A DNA stretch of 64,000 nucleotides from Thermodesulfobacteriota bacterium (GCA_965216785.1 OZ244197.1:2848001-2912000); one strand, 5' to 3'. Shown: positions 1 through 10,383, numbered from the stretch's first letter. Notes: a model not told the origin generated them from the letters alone. Numbers and translations are program-made.

Positions 1-938
1 ATGAGATCATTCATAGCGGCGTCCACAATGACGAATTTTTTTGCAGTGCCTTCTTTTAAATACAGCACCTTCGTGATCATAATCCCGGCATTGCCCATGA
101 GCGAGCGGCCGGGCTCAAGAACGAGACTGTAGGGTTTATCCTTCATCTCGTTAATGATTACAGCTGCATATTCACTGTGACGGGGAGGCTTTTCATCCTT
201 CTCATAACTTATTCCCAAACCTCCGCCTATATCGATATACCTTATGTTTAATCCCGCTTCGAGCAAGCTATCGGCAAGACCGACAAGCTTCTTAACCGAG
301 TCGGAAAACGGTGTCAGATCGAATATCTGAGAGCCGATATGTGCGTCTATAGCGACTACTTCAATCCCCTCCATTTGATTCGCCTCTTTGTATACTTGCA
401 CCGCTCTGCCGACTTCAATTCCGAATTTGCTTTTCTTAAACCCTGTAGAAATGTACGGGTGTGTCTTGGGGTCGATGTCGGGGTTTACTCTGAGCGCGAT
501 CGGCGCTTTTGTGCCTAACTCAATCCCTACATCATTTAAAAGGCGCAGCTCTTCCTCTGACTCAACATTAAAAAATAATATCCCTGCTCCTATTGCGGCT
601 TTCATTTCATCTGCGGTCTTGCCTACCCCGGAGAACACCACTTTTGACGTATCTCCCCCGGCCTTCTTTACGCGAAGGAGCTCACCTACAGAGACTATGT
701 CGTATCCGGAGCCTAGATCGGCGAAGGATTTAAGTACCGCAAGGTTCGAGTTTGCCTTTACAGAGTAGCAGATGAGAGTATCTATATCTGAAAACGCCTC
801 TTTGTATTTCATGAAGCTGTCTTTCAATGCCCCGTAGCTGTAGATGTAGCACGGCGTTCCTACTTCCCGGGCAATCCGCGCCACGGACACGTCCTCTATA
901 TATAATTCCCCATCTTTATAGTTATAGAAATCCTGCAT
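1..938 (-). CDS. lysA: Diaminopimelate decarboxylase (3' end runs off the window)
   Basis: Manual minus-strand translation from ATG at 938 (RBS AAGGAGAG upstream): MQDFYNYKDGELYIEDV...GTPCYIYS...CYSVKANSN (PLP Lys)...HIGSQ...DIGGG...EPGRS. Confidence 0.95.
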   Translation of the reverse strand, partial: MQDFYNYKDGELYIEDVSVARIAREVGTPCYIYSYGALKDSFMKYKEAFSDIDTLICYSVKANSNLAVLKSFADLGSGYDIVSVGELLRVKKAGGDTSKVVFSGVGKTADEMKAAIGAGILFFNVESEEELRLLNDVGIELGTKAPIALRVNPDIDPKTHPYISTGFKKSKFGIEVGRAVQVYKEANQMEGIEVVAIDAHIGSQIFDLTPFSDSVKKLVGLADSLLEAGLNIRYIDIGGGLGISYEKDEKPPRHSEYAAVIINEMKDKPYSLVLEPGRSLMGNAGIMITKVLYLKEGTAKKFVIVDAAMNDL

Positions 939-971
939 CTAAATACTCTCCTTATCTGCTCTTTCTAATTC

Positions 972-1565
972 CTAGGCGTTTTCTTTAAGATACCGGTTCA
1001 GAAAATCGAGCCTGTCGTTACCCCAGTACATTTTATCGTCGACAAAAATGGTGGGCGCGCCGAATACTCCGCGCTCAATGGCTGTAGTGGTCTCATCTCT
1101 AAGCATATCTTTTATATCCTGCTCGGCAATCCTTGCAAGAAACCATTCAGGTTCAATATCTATTGTGCCTACAGCTTCCCCGAGTACTTCAGGGCGGCTG
1201 AGATCGGATCCTTCGACAAAGTAGAGTCTGAACATTAGGTGGTTGTATTCTACGAGCTTGTTTTGCTCGGAAGCTGCGAATGCCCCGCGCATAGACCTTA
1301 CGCTGTTCAGTGGAAAGACTTCGGGATAATTAAAAGGCACTCCGTAGTATTCCGCGCAGTTCACCGTGTCCTGCCTTAAGTACCTTATCTTGTTATCAAT
1401 CTGTACAGCAGGTGTGGAGCCTATTTCGTTAAAGACCCCGCCCAGTAAGAAGGGCTTCCACACAAGAGTTGCGCCGTTATCCTGGCATATAGCCTCTATC
1501 CTTTCTGAGGCTATGTAGGTATAGGGACTGCTGAAGTCATAATAGAACTCTACTGTCTTTGACAT
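972..1565 (-). CDS. 2-hydroxychromene-2-carboxylate isomerase / DsbA (GST-kappa) family protein
   Basis: FYYDFSSPYTY, GVFGAPT and WGNDRL motifs. Confidence 0.9.
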   Translation of the reverse strand: MSKTVEFYYDFSSPYTYIASERIEAICQDNGATLVWKPFLLGGVFNEIGSTPAVQIDNKIRYLRQDTVNCAEYYGVPFNYPEVFPLNSVRSMRGAFAASEQNKLVEYNHLMFRLYFVEGSDLSRPEVLGEAVGTIDIEPEWFLARIAEQDIKDMLRDETTTAIERGVFGAPTIFVDDKMYWGNDRLDFLNRYLKENA

Positions 1566-1666
1566 TTACACTCTCCCCGGAACTGAAAAGTTAACCAGGG
1601 GATTATAAGAAATATGGGAGTTAATATCAAGCCGGATCCCTTGTATCTCATATTAAATACATTAAA

Positions 1667-1694
1667 TTGACCAGTTCCCCGGCTATGCTAAACT
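1667..1694 (+). promoter_or_regulatory. Putative sigma70 promoter of hemDE-hemH
   Basis: TTGACC-16 nt-TAAACT with an extended -10 TG, 30 nt before the start codon. Confidence 0.4.
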
Positions 1695-1724
1695 CAAAAT
1701 ACGTCTGATCGGGAGTAATTAAAT

Positions 1725-3695
1725 ATGGCAAGCGAGTACAGTTTTGAGGGTCTTCGGGTTACGGCTTTTGAGAGCCGGAGGGCCAAGGAAATAGACAGGC
1801 TTATACGTTATCACGGCGGCGTGCCCAGTGTGGCGCCCTCTATGCGCGAAGTACCGCTGACAGAGTCTGGGGAAGCACTTTTATTTGCGGAGAAATTGTT
1901 TAAGGGTGAGTATGATCTCGTGATCCTTATGACGGGCGTGGGGACAAGAGCGCTTAAGGACGCAGTGTCTGAGAACTACCCTCTTGAGAAATTCGTTGAG
2001 GCCCTTAAAAAAGTGACCCTGCTTGCCCGCGGACCTAAACCGGTTGCGGCGCTTAAGGAGCTTGGCCTAAGGCCCGAGATTATTGTACCCGAGCCCAACA
2101 CGTGGCGGGACATACTGGCAACGCTGGACGGGAGCTTCGATCTTAAAGAAAAGAGGGTTGCGGTTCAGGAGTATGGGATTACTAACACCGAGTTTATAGA
2201 CGCTCTTAAGCAGCGCGGGGCGGATGTAACTGCCGTGCCGATATATAAATGGGCGCTGCCCGAAGACGTCGGGCCGCTTAAGGACGCTATACGCTCTATA
2301 GCGAAGAATGAAGAAGACGTTTCTTTATTCACAAGCTCTCAGCAGATTTACCACTTGTTTGAAGTCGCGAAAGCCGAGGGGCTTGAGGATGAGCTGCGTG
2401 AAGGATTTAAAAGGGTGGTGATAGGCTCGATCGGTCCGACCACAACGGAGACACTGGACAGGTTTGGACTTTCTACGGATTATGAGCCTGACAGCCCCAA
2501 GATGGGTAATCTGATTCGCGAGATGGCCAGGAGCGGGAGGGAGCTTCTTAGAAAGAAGAGGACCGCGCTAGAGAACGGTGTTAACACTAACAGTTGGCAA
2601 AAGGTAGACATGGTATGGGATAAAACCCTAAAAAACAAAAGGGAAGAGATCACCAGGGACTCTGTTTTTATGAAAGCGTGCAGAAGAGAGAAAACCGACT
2701 ATACACCCGTATGGATTATGAGACAGGCGGGAAGGTATATGCGTGAATACAGAGAGCTTCGGGCAAAGGTTTCGTTCCTCGATCTGTGCAAGACCCCGGA
2801 GCTTGCGGCGGAAGTCACTCTAAGCGCTGTAGACCGCCTTTCAGTAGACGCCGCTATAATATTCTCCGACATTCTGCTTATACTTCAGTCTTTCGGGATC
2901 GGGCTTGAGTTCTCAAAAGGCGAAGGGCCGAGGATAAGAAGACCTGTCCGCAGCGGAAAAGCAGTCTCGAGGCTTGAGGAATTTGACCCTGGGTCGCTGG
3001 ATTTTGTATACGAAGCGCTAAAGATAACCAGGAGGGCGCTTGATCCCGAGACCGCGTTAATTGGATTTGCGGGGGCCCCTTTCACAGTAGCCTCATACGC
3101 GATTGAAGGAGGCGGATCGAAAAACTATGAGAACACAAAAGGGTTTATGTATAAAGACCCTGAGGGATGGCATGACTTTATGGGCAGGCTGTCCGCCGCT
3201 ACGACCAAGTATCTTAACAATCAAATATCTGCGGGAGCTGACGCGGTTCAGGTTTTCGATAGCTGGGCAGGATCACTTGCCCCTGACGATTACGAAGAGT
3301 TCGTGCTTCCTCATATGAAAAAACTAATAGGCGGGATTAAAGAAGGCGTACCTGTAATACATTTCGGAACAGGCACTGACGCACTGCTGGGACTGATAAA
3401 GGAATCGGGCTGCAGCGTGATGGGACTTGACTGGAGAGTGGACCTAGGGGCGGCATGGAAACGGGTGGGATATGATTTGGCGGTGCAGGGGAATATGGAC
3501 CCGGTGGCGCTATTCGCGCCGCATGCGGAAATAAGAAAAAGGGCAAAGAGCGTGCTTGATAAAGCAGAGGGAAGACCCGGGCATATATTCAACCTAGGCC
3601 ATGGGGTACTGCCTAAAACCCCTGTGGACAACGTACTGGCGCTGGTGGACTTTGTTCATGAATACACGGATAAGAATCGGGAGAAAGTACAGTGA
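1725..3695 (+). CDS. hemE: Uroporphyrinogen-III synthase / uroporphyrinogen decarboxylase fusion (HemD-HemE)
   Basis: N-terminal HEM4 domain (ESRR, MTGVG, ARGPKP, FTSSQQ, SIGPTT); C-terminal URO-D (PVWIMRQAGRY, FSDIL, FAGAPFT, QVFDSW, FNLGHG). Confidence 0.93.
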   Translation: MASEYSFEGLRVTAFESRRAKEIDRLIRYHGGVPSVAPSMREVPLTESGEALLFAEKLFKGEYDLVILMTGVGTRALKDAVSENYPLEKFVEALKKVTLLARGPKPVAALKELGLRPEIIVPEPNTWRDILATLDGSFDLKEKRVAVQEYGITNTEFIDALKQRGADVTAVPIYKWALPEDVGPLKDAIRSIAKNEEDVSLFTSSQQIYHLFEVAKAEGLEDELREGFKRVVIGSIGPTTTETLDRFGLSTDYEPDSPKMGNLIREMARSGRELLRKKRTALENGVNTNSWQKVDMVWDKTLKNKREEITRDSVFMKACRREKTDYTPVWIMRQAGRYMREYRELRAKVSFLDLCKTPELAAEVTLSAVDRLSVDAAIIFSDILLILQSFGIGLEFSKGEGPRIRRPVRSGKAVSRLEEFDPGSLDFVYEALKITRRALDPETALIGFAGAPFTVASYAIEGGGSKNYENTKGFMYKDPEGWHDFMGRLSAATTKYLNNQISAGADAVQVFDSWAGSLAPDDYEEFVLPHMKKLIGGIKEGVPVIHFGTGTDALLGLIKESGCSVMGLDWRVDLGAAWKRVGYDLAVQGNMDPVALFAPHAEIRKRAKSVLDKAEGRPGHIFNLGHGVLPKTPVDNVLALVDFVHEYTDKNREKVQ

Positions 3696-4615
3696 GCAAG
3701 AAATACGACGCAATTTTAATGATTGGATATGGTGCGCCTGAGAAAAAAGAAGATATACGCCCCTTTCTGCAAAACGTGGCAAAAGGAAGGCCCATACCTC
3801 CTGACCGGCTGGAAGAGGTAGCTCACCACTATGAGATGTTCGGAGGATCGCCCCTTAACGAATATACCTATAAACAAGCCAAAGGGCTCGAGGACAAACT
3901 GGCTGAAGACGGCGGGAAGATTCCCGTATATGTGGGCATGCGGAACTGGAACCCCTTTATTCCCGATACGCTCAAGCAGATGGCGGAAGCAGGAACTAAG
4001 AAGGCAATCGGGATGATAATGGCCGCGCACCAGAGCGACGCTAGCTGGGAGAGGTATCAGAGGGACGTTGAGCAAGGACTCAAAGAAGCCGGAGTGGATA
4101 TAGAGTTTGAGTACTCCCCTCCCCTTTTCGACCATCCTCTTTTTATTGAGGATTCGGCAGACCGGGTCGCCGATTGTTTGGAGCAGATTGCCGAAGACAA
4201 GAGGCACGGAACACTGATACTCTTTACAGCTCATAGCATACCGACACCTATGGCAGAGAGCTCGCCTTATGTAGAGCAGCTTCTTACGACCGCGGAGATG
4301 ATTGCCAAAAAGCTGGGGCATGAGAACTGGCGGCTAGTGTATCAGAGCAGGAGCGGACGTCCAACGGACCCATGGCTTGAGCCGGACGTTTGCGACGTGA
4401 TTCATGAGGTAGCAAAAGAAGGGGTTGAGAATATCATAGCCCAGCCTATCGGGTTTTTATGTGATCACATAGAGGTGTTGTTCGATATCGGAGTCGAGGC
4501 CGAGGAGGCGGCACAGGAAGCCGGGATAAAACTGCTCCGCGCAAAAACCGTGAACGACGACCCGAAATTTATAGAGGCGCTCGCGGACGCCGTGCAAAAG
4601 ATGGCGCACGAGTAA
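3692..4615 (+). CDS. hemH: Ferrochelatase (probably coproporphyrin ferrochelatase type)
   Basis: GGSPL, GMRNW, FTAHSIP, YQSRSG..PWLEPD, GFLCDHIEVLFD; 4-nt overlap with hemDE. Confidence 0.93.
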   Translation: MSKKYDAILMIGYGAPEKKEDIRPFLQNVAKGRPIPPDRLEEVAHHYEMFGGSPLNEYTYKQAKGLEDKLAEDGGKIPVYVGMRNWNPFIPDTLKQMAEAGTKKAIGMIMAAHQSDASWERYQRDVEQGLKEAGVDIEFEYSPPLFDHPLFIEDSADRVADCLEQIAEDKRHGTLILFTAHSIPTPMAESSPYVEQLLTTAEMIAKKLGHENWRLVYQSRSGRPTDPWLEPDVCDVIHEVAKEGVENIIAQPIGFLCDHIEVLFDIGVEAEEAAQEAGIKLLRAKTVNDDPKFIEALADAVQKMAHE

Positions 4616-4637
4616 TATTCGCTGAGCAAGAACTACT

Positions 4638-5117
4638 ATGGCCGCATACGAATTCGAGACTATATGGCGTGTGTACGCGCCTATTGAAACAGTATGGAAT
4701 GAGATTTATTACTCTGAGAAATGGCCCGAGTGGTGGCCTGGAGTTGAGAATGTCGAGGAGCTCAAGAAGGGTGATGATCTTGGGATCGGAAGTATCCGAC
4801 GCTACACCTGGAAAAGCAAATTACCCTATAAATTGACATTCGATGTAGAGACCGTGCGGGTTCAGCCTCCCAGGATTCTTGAAGGAAAGGCATTCGGCGA
4901 GCTTGAGGGAACGGGGTTCTGGACTCTGATCGAGGATAACGATACAACCGTTGCCAGGTATGACTGGCGAGTTAGCACGAAAAAGTGGTGGATGAATTTC
5001 CTGGCTCCGCTGGCAAGGCCAATCTTTAAGTGGAACCACGATGTTGTTATGAGCTGGGGAGCACAGGGACTACAAAAGAGGCTCGGAGCAAAAGTGGTTG
5101 AAGAATCGATCCTATAA
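4638..5117 (+). CDS. SRPBCC / polyketide cyclase family protein
   Basis: APIETVW, WPEWWPGV and WNHDVVM motifs. Confidence 0.8.
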   Translation: MAAYEFETIWRVYAPIETVWNEIYYSEKWPEWWPGVENVEELKKGDDLGIGSIRRYTWKSKLPYKLTFDVETVRVQPPRILEGKAFGELEGTGFWTLIEDNDTTVARYDWRVSTKKWWMNFLAPLARPIFKWNHDVVMSWGAQGLQKRLGAKVVEESIL

Positions 5118-5138
5118 GAGTATATTCACAAGCCTGAT

Positions 5139-5573
5139 ATGAACTTTTTCCAAAAAGAAATCCATCTGTCCCCGAAAAGCCGCGGCTTTCACCTGGTAAC
5201 TCGTGAGATATTACAGCAGCTGCCGGAGCTTGCTGAATTCTCTGTCGGTATGGCTAACATCTTCATCTGCCATACCTCGGCATCTCTCACACTGAACGAG
5301 AACGCAGACCCGGATGTAAGGGTCGATTTTGAGAGCCATTTTAACGAATATGTCCCCGAGAATGCGCCTTATTACGTACATACGATTGAAGGACCGGACG
5401 ACATGCCGGCACACATAAAAGCCTCACTTCTTGGAAGCTCGGTGACAGTGCCTGTCACAAACGGAAGGTTTAACGTTGGTGTATGGCAGGGAGTGTACCT
5501 CTGTGAGCACCGAAACCACGGGGGCTCACGAAAGTTGATTGTGACGATTTATGGGGAGAGGAATAAATCTTAA
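5139..5573 (+). CDS. yjbQ: YjbQ/UPF0047 family (secondary thiamine-phosphate synthase)
   Basis: HTSASLTLNENADPDV, EGPDDMPAHIK and GVWQGVYLCEHR. Confidence 0.92.
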   Translation: MNFFQKEIHLSPKSRGFHLVTREILQQLPELAEFSVGMANIFICHTSASLTLNENADPDVRVDFESHFNEYVPENAPYYVHTIEGPDDMPAHIKASLLGSSVTVPVTNGRFNVGVWQGVYLCEHRNHGGSRKLIVTIYGERNKS

Positions 5574-5578
5574 AAACC

Positions 5579-5923
5579 TTACCTCCTACCCAAGAGTAGA
5601 CCAATAATGAATCCAAGAATGAGAGCTCCGGCCAATTTTTTCTTACTGCCTAGCGGGATGTAGCGGGTGTCTTCTTTTGTAACCTCAATTACGCCAAGAG
5701 GCTTTACGGCAACCCCTGCGCCGACGCCGCCTCCCTCGCCTTCCTTCCCGTCTTTTTGCTCGCCCTTGGCCTCCCCGTATCCGCCGCCGAAACCGTAGGC
5801 CACCTTGGCAACGGGGATAACTGTTTTATCCTGGGTTTCTATAGGCTCACCGTAGACAGCTTTTACATCAGCGCTGCTTTGAAGTCCGTCTTTTAGTGAT
5901 TCGAAAAATTCCTTCATACCCAT
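5579..5923 (-). CDS. GerW/YtfJ family protein
   Basis: VYGEPI, VIPVAKV-YGFGGG and GGG-G-G-VKPLG pattern, plus a C-terminal hydrophobic helix. Confidence 0.8.
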   Translation of the reverse strand: MGMKEFFESLKDGLQSSADVKAVYGEPIETQDKTVIPVAKVAYGFGGGYGEAKGEQKDGKEGEGGGVGAGVAVKPLGVIEVTKEDTRYIPLGSKKKLAGALILGFIIGLLLGRR

Positions 5924-6059
5924 CGTTATTTACCCCCAATGCATATATTACAAACCCGATACCTAAAGTATAAACCATAGAAGGCAAAACTCATTTATTT
6001 TATTGATAGAAATACATTAGTGTGTAAAATGGGTAGGTAATTCTGTAAAGGAGCATAAT

Positions 6060-7280
6060 ATGTCTGAAATAAAGCGCGGTAAGACACGAGTGAAGGGGTT
6101 CAGCGATGAGGAGATGGACTTTCAGCTCATAAGGCAAATGGGCTCGTCCTCGTTTATGGGCTCGTCCGTGGGGGAGTGCTTGTCTGTCGCGGGGCGCATT
6201 AACGAGGGCGACCCTAAAAGCTGGGTCGAGGAGTTCAAGAAGCTTGCGGAGTGGCAGGAAAACGACGCCAGAAAAAGAGCGCATAAAGGTCACACGATAA
6301 GCGCGCGTGACCAGTTTCTGAAAGCCACGAATTCCTATAGAGCAGCAGAATACTATACTAGCGTTCTAAACCCAGAGCACAGAGAGCTTGGACTGAAAGC
6401 GCGCTATTGCTTTGCTGAAGCGATGCACAACCTCTGGCATACATTTGAAGAGACCATGCTGACGTATAAGAATATAGAGCTCCCGGTCTATTTTATGTCT
6501 CCAGGCCCTGATGTTTCTGACAGAAAGACGCTTATGATAGTTAGCGGCTTTGACGGTACGCTTGAGGAAGAGTACTTGATGCGCGGTTTCTCGGCTCTCG
6601 AGCGGGGATATAATGTGGCGCTCTTTGCGGGCCCCGGGCAGATGGATGTATTTAGATTTTATTCCACTACTCGGTTTGAGCCCGACTTTGAGAACCCGGT
6701 GCAGACCGTACTTGAATACGTAGCTAATAGACCTGAGGTGGATAGCACAAAGATCGCGCTTATGGGAATAAGCTTCGGAGGCTACTTCGCTACCAGAGCA
6801 GCGGCGCACGTACCTGAAATAAAGGCGCTAATTGCGAACTCCCCAATATTGAGACTCCACGATTACCTTACGGCTTTTACAGGGTATGACCCGGCAGAGG
6901 CTCCTGATGAGATGAACTTTACGATTGAAGATATAGCAGAGATACCTGATGAGGAATTTCCTCCGGAAAGAAAGATCGCGGGTGAGAACTTGATAGCCAG
7001 ATTCGGCGAGAAATCCTTTAAGGATACGTTCATTTACTTAAGAGATTTCAGTTTAGGTGACGCAATTGAGAACATAACCTGCCCTTGCCTCGCACTTGTG
7101 GGCGAAGGGGAAGGAGGCGAGCCAGAGAAACAGTCGGAAGAGTTTACAAAAAAGGTGAAAGGACCTGTGACTAAGTATAAATTCACAGAGTTTGAGGGCG
7201 CTGACGCGCATTGTCAGCTGGGGAACGTCTCATACGCGGCAGCCGTGGCGCTTGACTGGCTGGACGAGATATTCGATTGA
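6060..7280 (+). CDS. Alpha/beta hydrolase (FrsA / 2,6-dihydropseudooxynicotine hydrolase-like)
   Basis: GFDGT, GPGQ, nucleophile elbow GISFGG and catalytic His in GADAHCQ. Confidence 0.82.
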   Translation: MSEIKRGKTRVKGFSDEEMDFQLIRQMGSSSFMGSSVGECLSVAGRINEGDPKSWVEEFKKLAEWQENDARKRAHKGHTISARDQFLKATNSYRAAEYYTSVLNPEHRELGLKARYCFAEAMHNLWHTFEETMLTYKNIELPVYFMSPGPDVSDRKTLMIVSGFDGTLEEEYLMRGFSALERGYNVALFAGPGQMDVFRFYSTTRFEPDFENPVQTVLEYVANRPEVDSTKIALMGISFGGYFATRAAAHVPEIKALIANSPILRLHDYLTAFTGYDPAEAPDEMNFTIEDIAEIPDEEFPPERKIAGENLIARFGEKSFKDTFIYLRDFSLGDAIENITCPCLALVGEGEGGEPEKQSEEFTKKVKGPVTKYKFTEFEGADAHCQLGNVSYAAAVALDWLDEIFD

Positions 7281-7336
7281 ATAGCGCAGGGCTGTGTGTA
7301 GACTTTCAAATAAAACATTCATCCGAATACATATCT

Positions 7337-8164
7337 ATGAAAAATTCAATATTCAGAACATCAACAAGGTGTTTGATTTTGGTCCTGTCATTCCTGCTGC
7401 TCACGGCCTTTCACGTTAACGCGGATCAGACAGAAGCTGAGAACATCGACTTGGGTAATTGGACAGAGTCAAAGCTCGCTGAGCTGATGCAGCAGAAATC
7501 AAAAAAGCTGGGCACACAGGATCAGATAGACTTTCTATCGGAGCAGTTTCTCGGAACTCCGTACAAAGGGCATACCCTGACGGGTGATATAGACACGCCC
7601 GAGGTCTTTACCATAAACCTCGGCGGTATGGACTGCTTCACATATATAGACTATGTGGAGGCACTCAGAGTATCGGGCTCCTATCCTGATTTTAAAGATA
7701 GCCTTCAGAATATCAGATACCGTGGAGGTGATATCTCCTTTCTAAACAGAAACCATTTCTTTACCGACTGGCCTGTAAATAACCCACAGCATGTTAAGGA
7801 CGTAACACGTGAAATCGGTGGGGACAAAACCGTGAGTGTTAAAAAGAGGCTTAATATTAAAAAGGACGGTGGTAAATATCTTCCGGGAATACCGGCAAAT
7901 GAAAGAGAGGTTTACTATATTCCCTCAGCTTCAATAGACGAAGATATTGTGGGAGAGCTAAATACCGGGGACTACGTAGGAATTTACACTGAGCTCCCGG
8001 GGCTTGACGTCACACACACGGGAATAGTTATCAAGAGAAACGGGCGAGCATACCTTAGACACGCCTCTTCCAGAAGCGTAAATGACAGGGTTGTAGACGA
8101 AGATTTACTTGAATATATGCAGAATAAGCCGGGACTAGTGGTATTCAGACCACTCAGCAGATGA
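7337..8164 (+). CDS. Exported DUF1460 / NlpC-P60-like amidase
   Basis: Signal peptide from ATG 7337 (start chosen by hand); FLGTPY, DCFTY (Cys), RNHFFTDW, GLDVTHTG and HASS. Confidence 0.85.
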   Translation: MKNSIFRTSTRCLILVLSFLLLTAFHVNADQTEAENIDLGNWTESKLAELMQQKSKKLGTQDQIDFLSEQFLGTPYKGHTLTGDIDTPEVFTINLGGMDCFTYIDYVEALRVSGSYPDFKDSLQNIRYRGGDISFLNRNHFFTDWPVNNPQHVKDVTREIGGDKTVSVKKRLNIKKDGGKYLPGIPANEREVYYIPSASIDEDIVGELNTGDYVGIYTELPGLDVTHTGIVIKRNGRAYLRHASSRSVNDRVVDEDLLEYMQNKPGLVVFRPLSR

Positions 8165-8241
8165 AGCCTTGCTATTGAGCAGATAATTGTATATTTACTG
8201 TAAGTTACAGACAATACATAAAGCATTATAGGAACCTAACA

Positions 8242-8940
8242 ATGACCGATATATCATCGCAACCACCTGCAGATACTACCGCTGAAGACTATGTTCTGTT
8301 AGCTACGGATCACTACTACAACGGCGAGTTTGATAAGTCGCTCGAAGCGCTTGATAAAGCAATAGAGCTTAGGCCTGATTTTGCGGAGGCATGGTACAAC
8401 AAAGGGGTTACACTGTCAGTAATGGGACGGATTGAGGAAGAAATCGCTACTTATGATGAGGCACTCGGTCTAAACCCTGAATACGCGGAGGCCTGGAATA
8501 ATAAGGCGTCGGCGCTCGGAAAATTGAACAGACTCGAAGAGGCTTTAGACTGCTCTGAAAAAGCGATAGAGCTGAGACCTGGTTTTGCTGTAGCCTGGTG
8601 CAATAAAGGGGCCGCGCTCAGCGGACTCGGAAGGGACAGCGAGGCCGCAGGAGCGTATGATAAGGCAATTGAGCTTCAGGGAGATTATTTCGAGGCCTGG
8701 TTCAATAAGGCCGTATCACTGCACAATCTCGATAATTTACACGATGCTTATAAAGCCTATAACAGGGCTCTTGAGCTTATGCCGAATTACGCGGACGCAT
8801 ATTACAACAGGGCGGGGCTTTACATACAGCTTGGCGATACCGAGAGCGCCGATGCCGATTTGAAAAGAGCGATAGAGCTCGATCCCGCACTTAGAGAAAG
8901 GGCGAAATCGGACGAAGCTTTGAGCGAATTGGTGTCATAA
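8242..8940 (+). CDS. Tetratricopeptide repeat protein
   Basis: About six 34-aa repeats of the form AW(Y/N/C/F)NK(G/A)...KAIELxP. Confidence 0.92.
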   Translation: MTDISSQPPADTTAEDYVLLATDHYYNGEFDKSLEALDKAIELRPDFAEAWYNKGVTLSVMGRIEEEIATYDEALGLNPEYAEAWNNKASALGKLNRLEEALDCSEKAIELRPGFAVAWCNKGAALSGLGRDSEAAGAYDKAIELQGDYFEAWFNKAVSLHNLDNLHDAYKAYNRALELMPNYADAYYNRAGLYIQLGDTESADADLKRAIELDPALRERAKSDEALSELVS

Positions 8941-9010
8941 AGAGCGTGCTGAAATTTTTTGAAATTAATGTTAAGCTAGAAATAGTTATTAGAAATCATA
9001 GGAGGGTCTT

Positions 9011-9433
9011 ATGGCACTTGATGTAAAACAGCTTACTGACTTATCGCAAAATTCCGCTAAAGCGGGACGCCACCTGGACCAGGTACGTGACTTTGTGGAC
9101 CTGATAAAAAAAAACGCCGAGCACCTCGAGGGCGATGTTATGTCTTCAGGGGACAGAATTGAAGAATTATCGATCGAAATACATAAGCACTTAGAGGAAA
9201 TTAAAAAACTGGTTGATATACAGCTAAACAAGATCCCCGTAGACGAGAAGACGACAAAGGACGCGGCAAAGAAGCTTGCCTTGTACCACGATTCTCTTCA
9301 TCAGGTGATTGCATGGGCGGAGACTCAAAAGAGCAACCACCCTGAAAACTCATACTGGTGGCGTTACTGGGTAAGCGTTCTGGAGAACGTGATGCAGGAC
9401 GCCGCAGAAAAAGGGGAGCTTGAAAAAACATAA
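9011..9433 (+). CDS. Hypothetical protein (coiled-coil N-terminus, SYWWRYW motif)
   Basis: GGAGG RBS; 140-aa ORF; no family recognised. Confidence 0.7.
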   Translation: MALDVKQLTDLSQNSAKAGRHLDQVRDFVDLIKKNAEHLEGDVMSSGDRIEELSIEIHKHLEEIKKLVDIQLNKIPVDEKTTKDAAKKLALYHDSLHQVIAWAETQKSNHPENSYWWRYWVSVLENVMQDAAEKGELEKT

Positions 9434-9468
9434 ACATATTAACATGTAATTACAGAAGGTTAAAGCTA

Positions 9469-10383
9469 TTACTTAATGCGCGGCATTATGTAGTTTGAGA
9501 GTAACTCCATAGTGCTATAAATCTCTTCAAGGCTGTCAGCGGCCGGGTCGAACACTATGTGTGATACCCCAAAATCTCTATAGCTGGATACTAATTCCGT
9601 AATTTCATCCACTGTGCCAAGTAGGGAAAATGGCGCGTCCTGAGGCTGATCTTTAATATAATTCTCTTTCGCTTCTGAATTGCCGAATATTTTTATCCTG
9701 TTTCTGACCGAATATGTGAACCCTTCTAGGTCCCTTCCGGCCTTGTCGGCAAGAAGCTTTATTGTGGAAATACCTTGACTCACATCTTGCGGGCTCACCC
9801 AGGTTGGCTGCCAGCCGTCTCCTAGAATAGCGGCTCTTTTAAGAGCGAACTTGCTTGAGCCCGCGATCAAAATGGGTGGATTGGGGTCTTGAAGCGGCTT
9901 GGGCTCGAACTTTATGTCTGAAAACGAGCAAAATTCACCTTCAAATAAGGGTGATTCACTCTGCCACAACTCTCGGATGGCTTTTATATATTCATCGGTC
10001 ATCTTCCCTCTTTCTTTTAACCGCACTCCCAAAGTTTCAAACTCTTCCTTCATCCATCCGGGACCAACGCCGAACATAACTCTTCCGCCCGACAAAACGT
10101 CCAGGGTTGCGATTTGCTTTGCAATGACGAGTGGGTTTCTGTAGGGGAGGATTATTACACTCGTTCCGAGAGATATTGTAGAGGTTACGGCTGAGATATA
10201 AGATAGGAGTGTAAAAGGCTCGTAGAATATCTCTGAGAACATTCCCCGGTGTTTTTCGGGCATGACTATGTGGTCGCTCACCCAGAGTGAGTCAAAACCA
10301 AGCTCTTGGGCTTTAACCGCAATATCAATATTGTCCGAGGCTGAAGCCTTGAGCCTGATAGGAAGGCATATACCGAATTTCAT
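9469..10383 (-). CDS. LLM-class (probably F420-dependent) oxidoreductase
   Basis: GFDSLWVSDH, LGTSVIILPYRNP, LDVLSGGR, GWMKEEF and PKPLQ. Confidence 0.9.
   Translation of the reverse strand: MKFGICLPIRLKASASDNIDIAVKAQELGFDSLWVSDHIVMPEKHRGMFSEIFYEPFTLLSYISAVTSTISLGTSVIILPYRNPLVIAKQIATLDVLSGGRVMFGVGPGWMKEEFETLGVRLKERGKMTDEYIKAIRELWQSESPLFEGEFCSFSDIKFEPKPLQDPNPPILIAGSSKFALKRAAILGDGWQPTWVSPQDVSQGISTIKLLADKAGRDLEGFTYSVRNRIKIFGNSEAKENYIKDQPQDAPFSLLGTVDEITELVSSYRDFGVSHIVFDPAADSLEEIYSTMELLSNYIMPRIK

Noticed and set aside
388-768. 126-aa plus-strand ORF and the many other short antisense or nested ORFs in the track (e.g. 3716-4321, 10673-11317, 31445-32026)
   Set aside because: Shadows of well-supported genes on the opposite strand or in another frame, with no recognisable motifs
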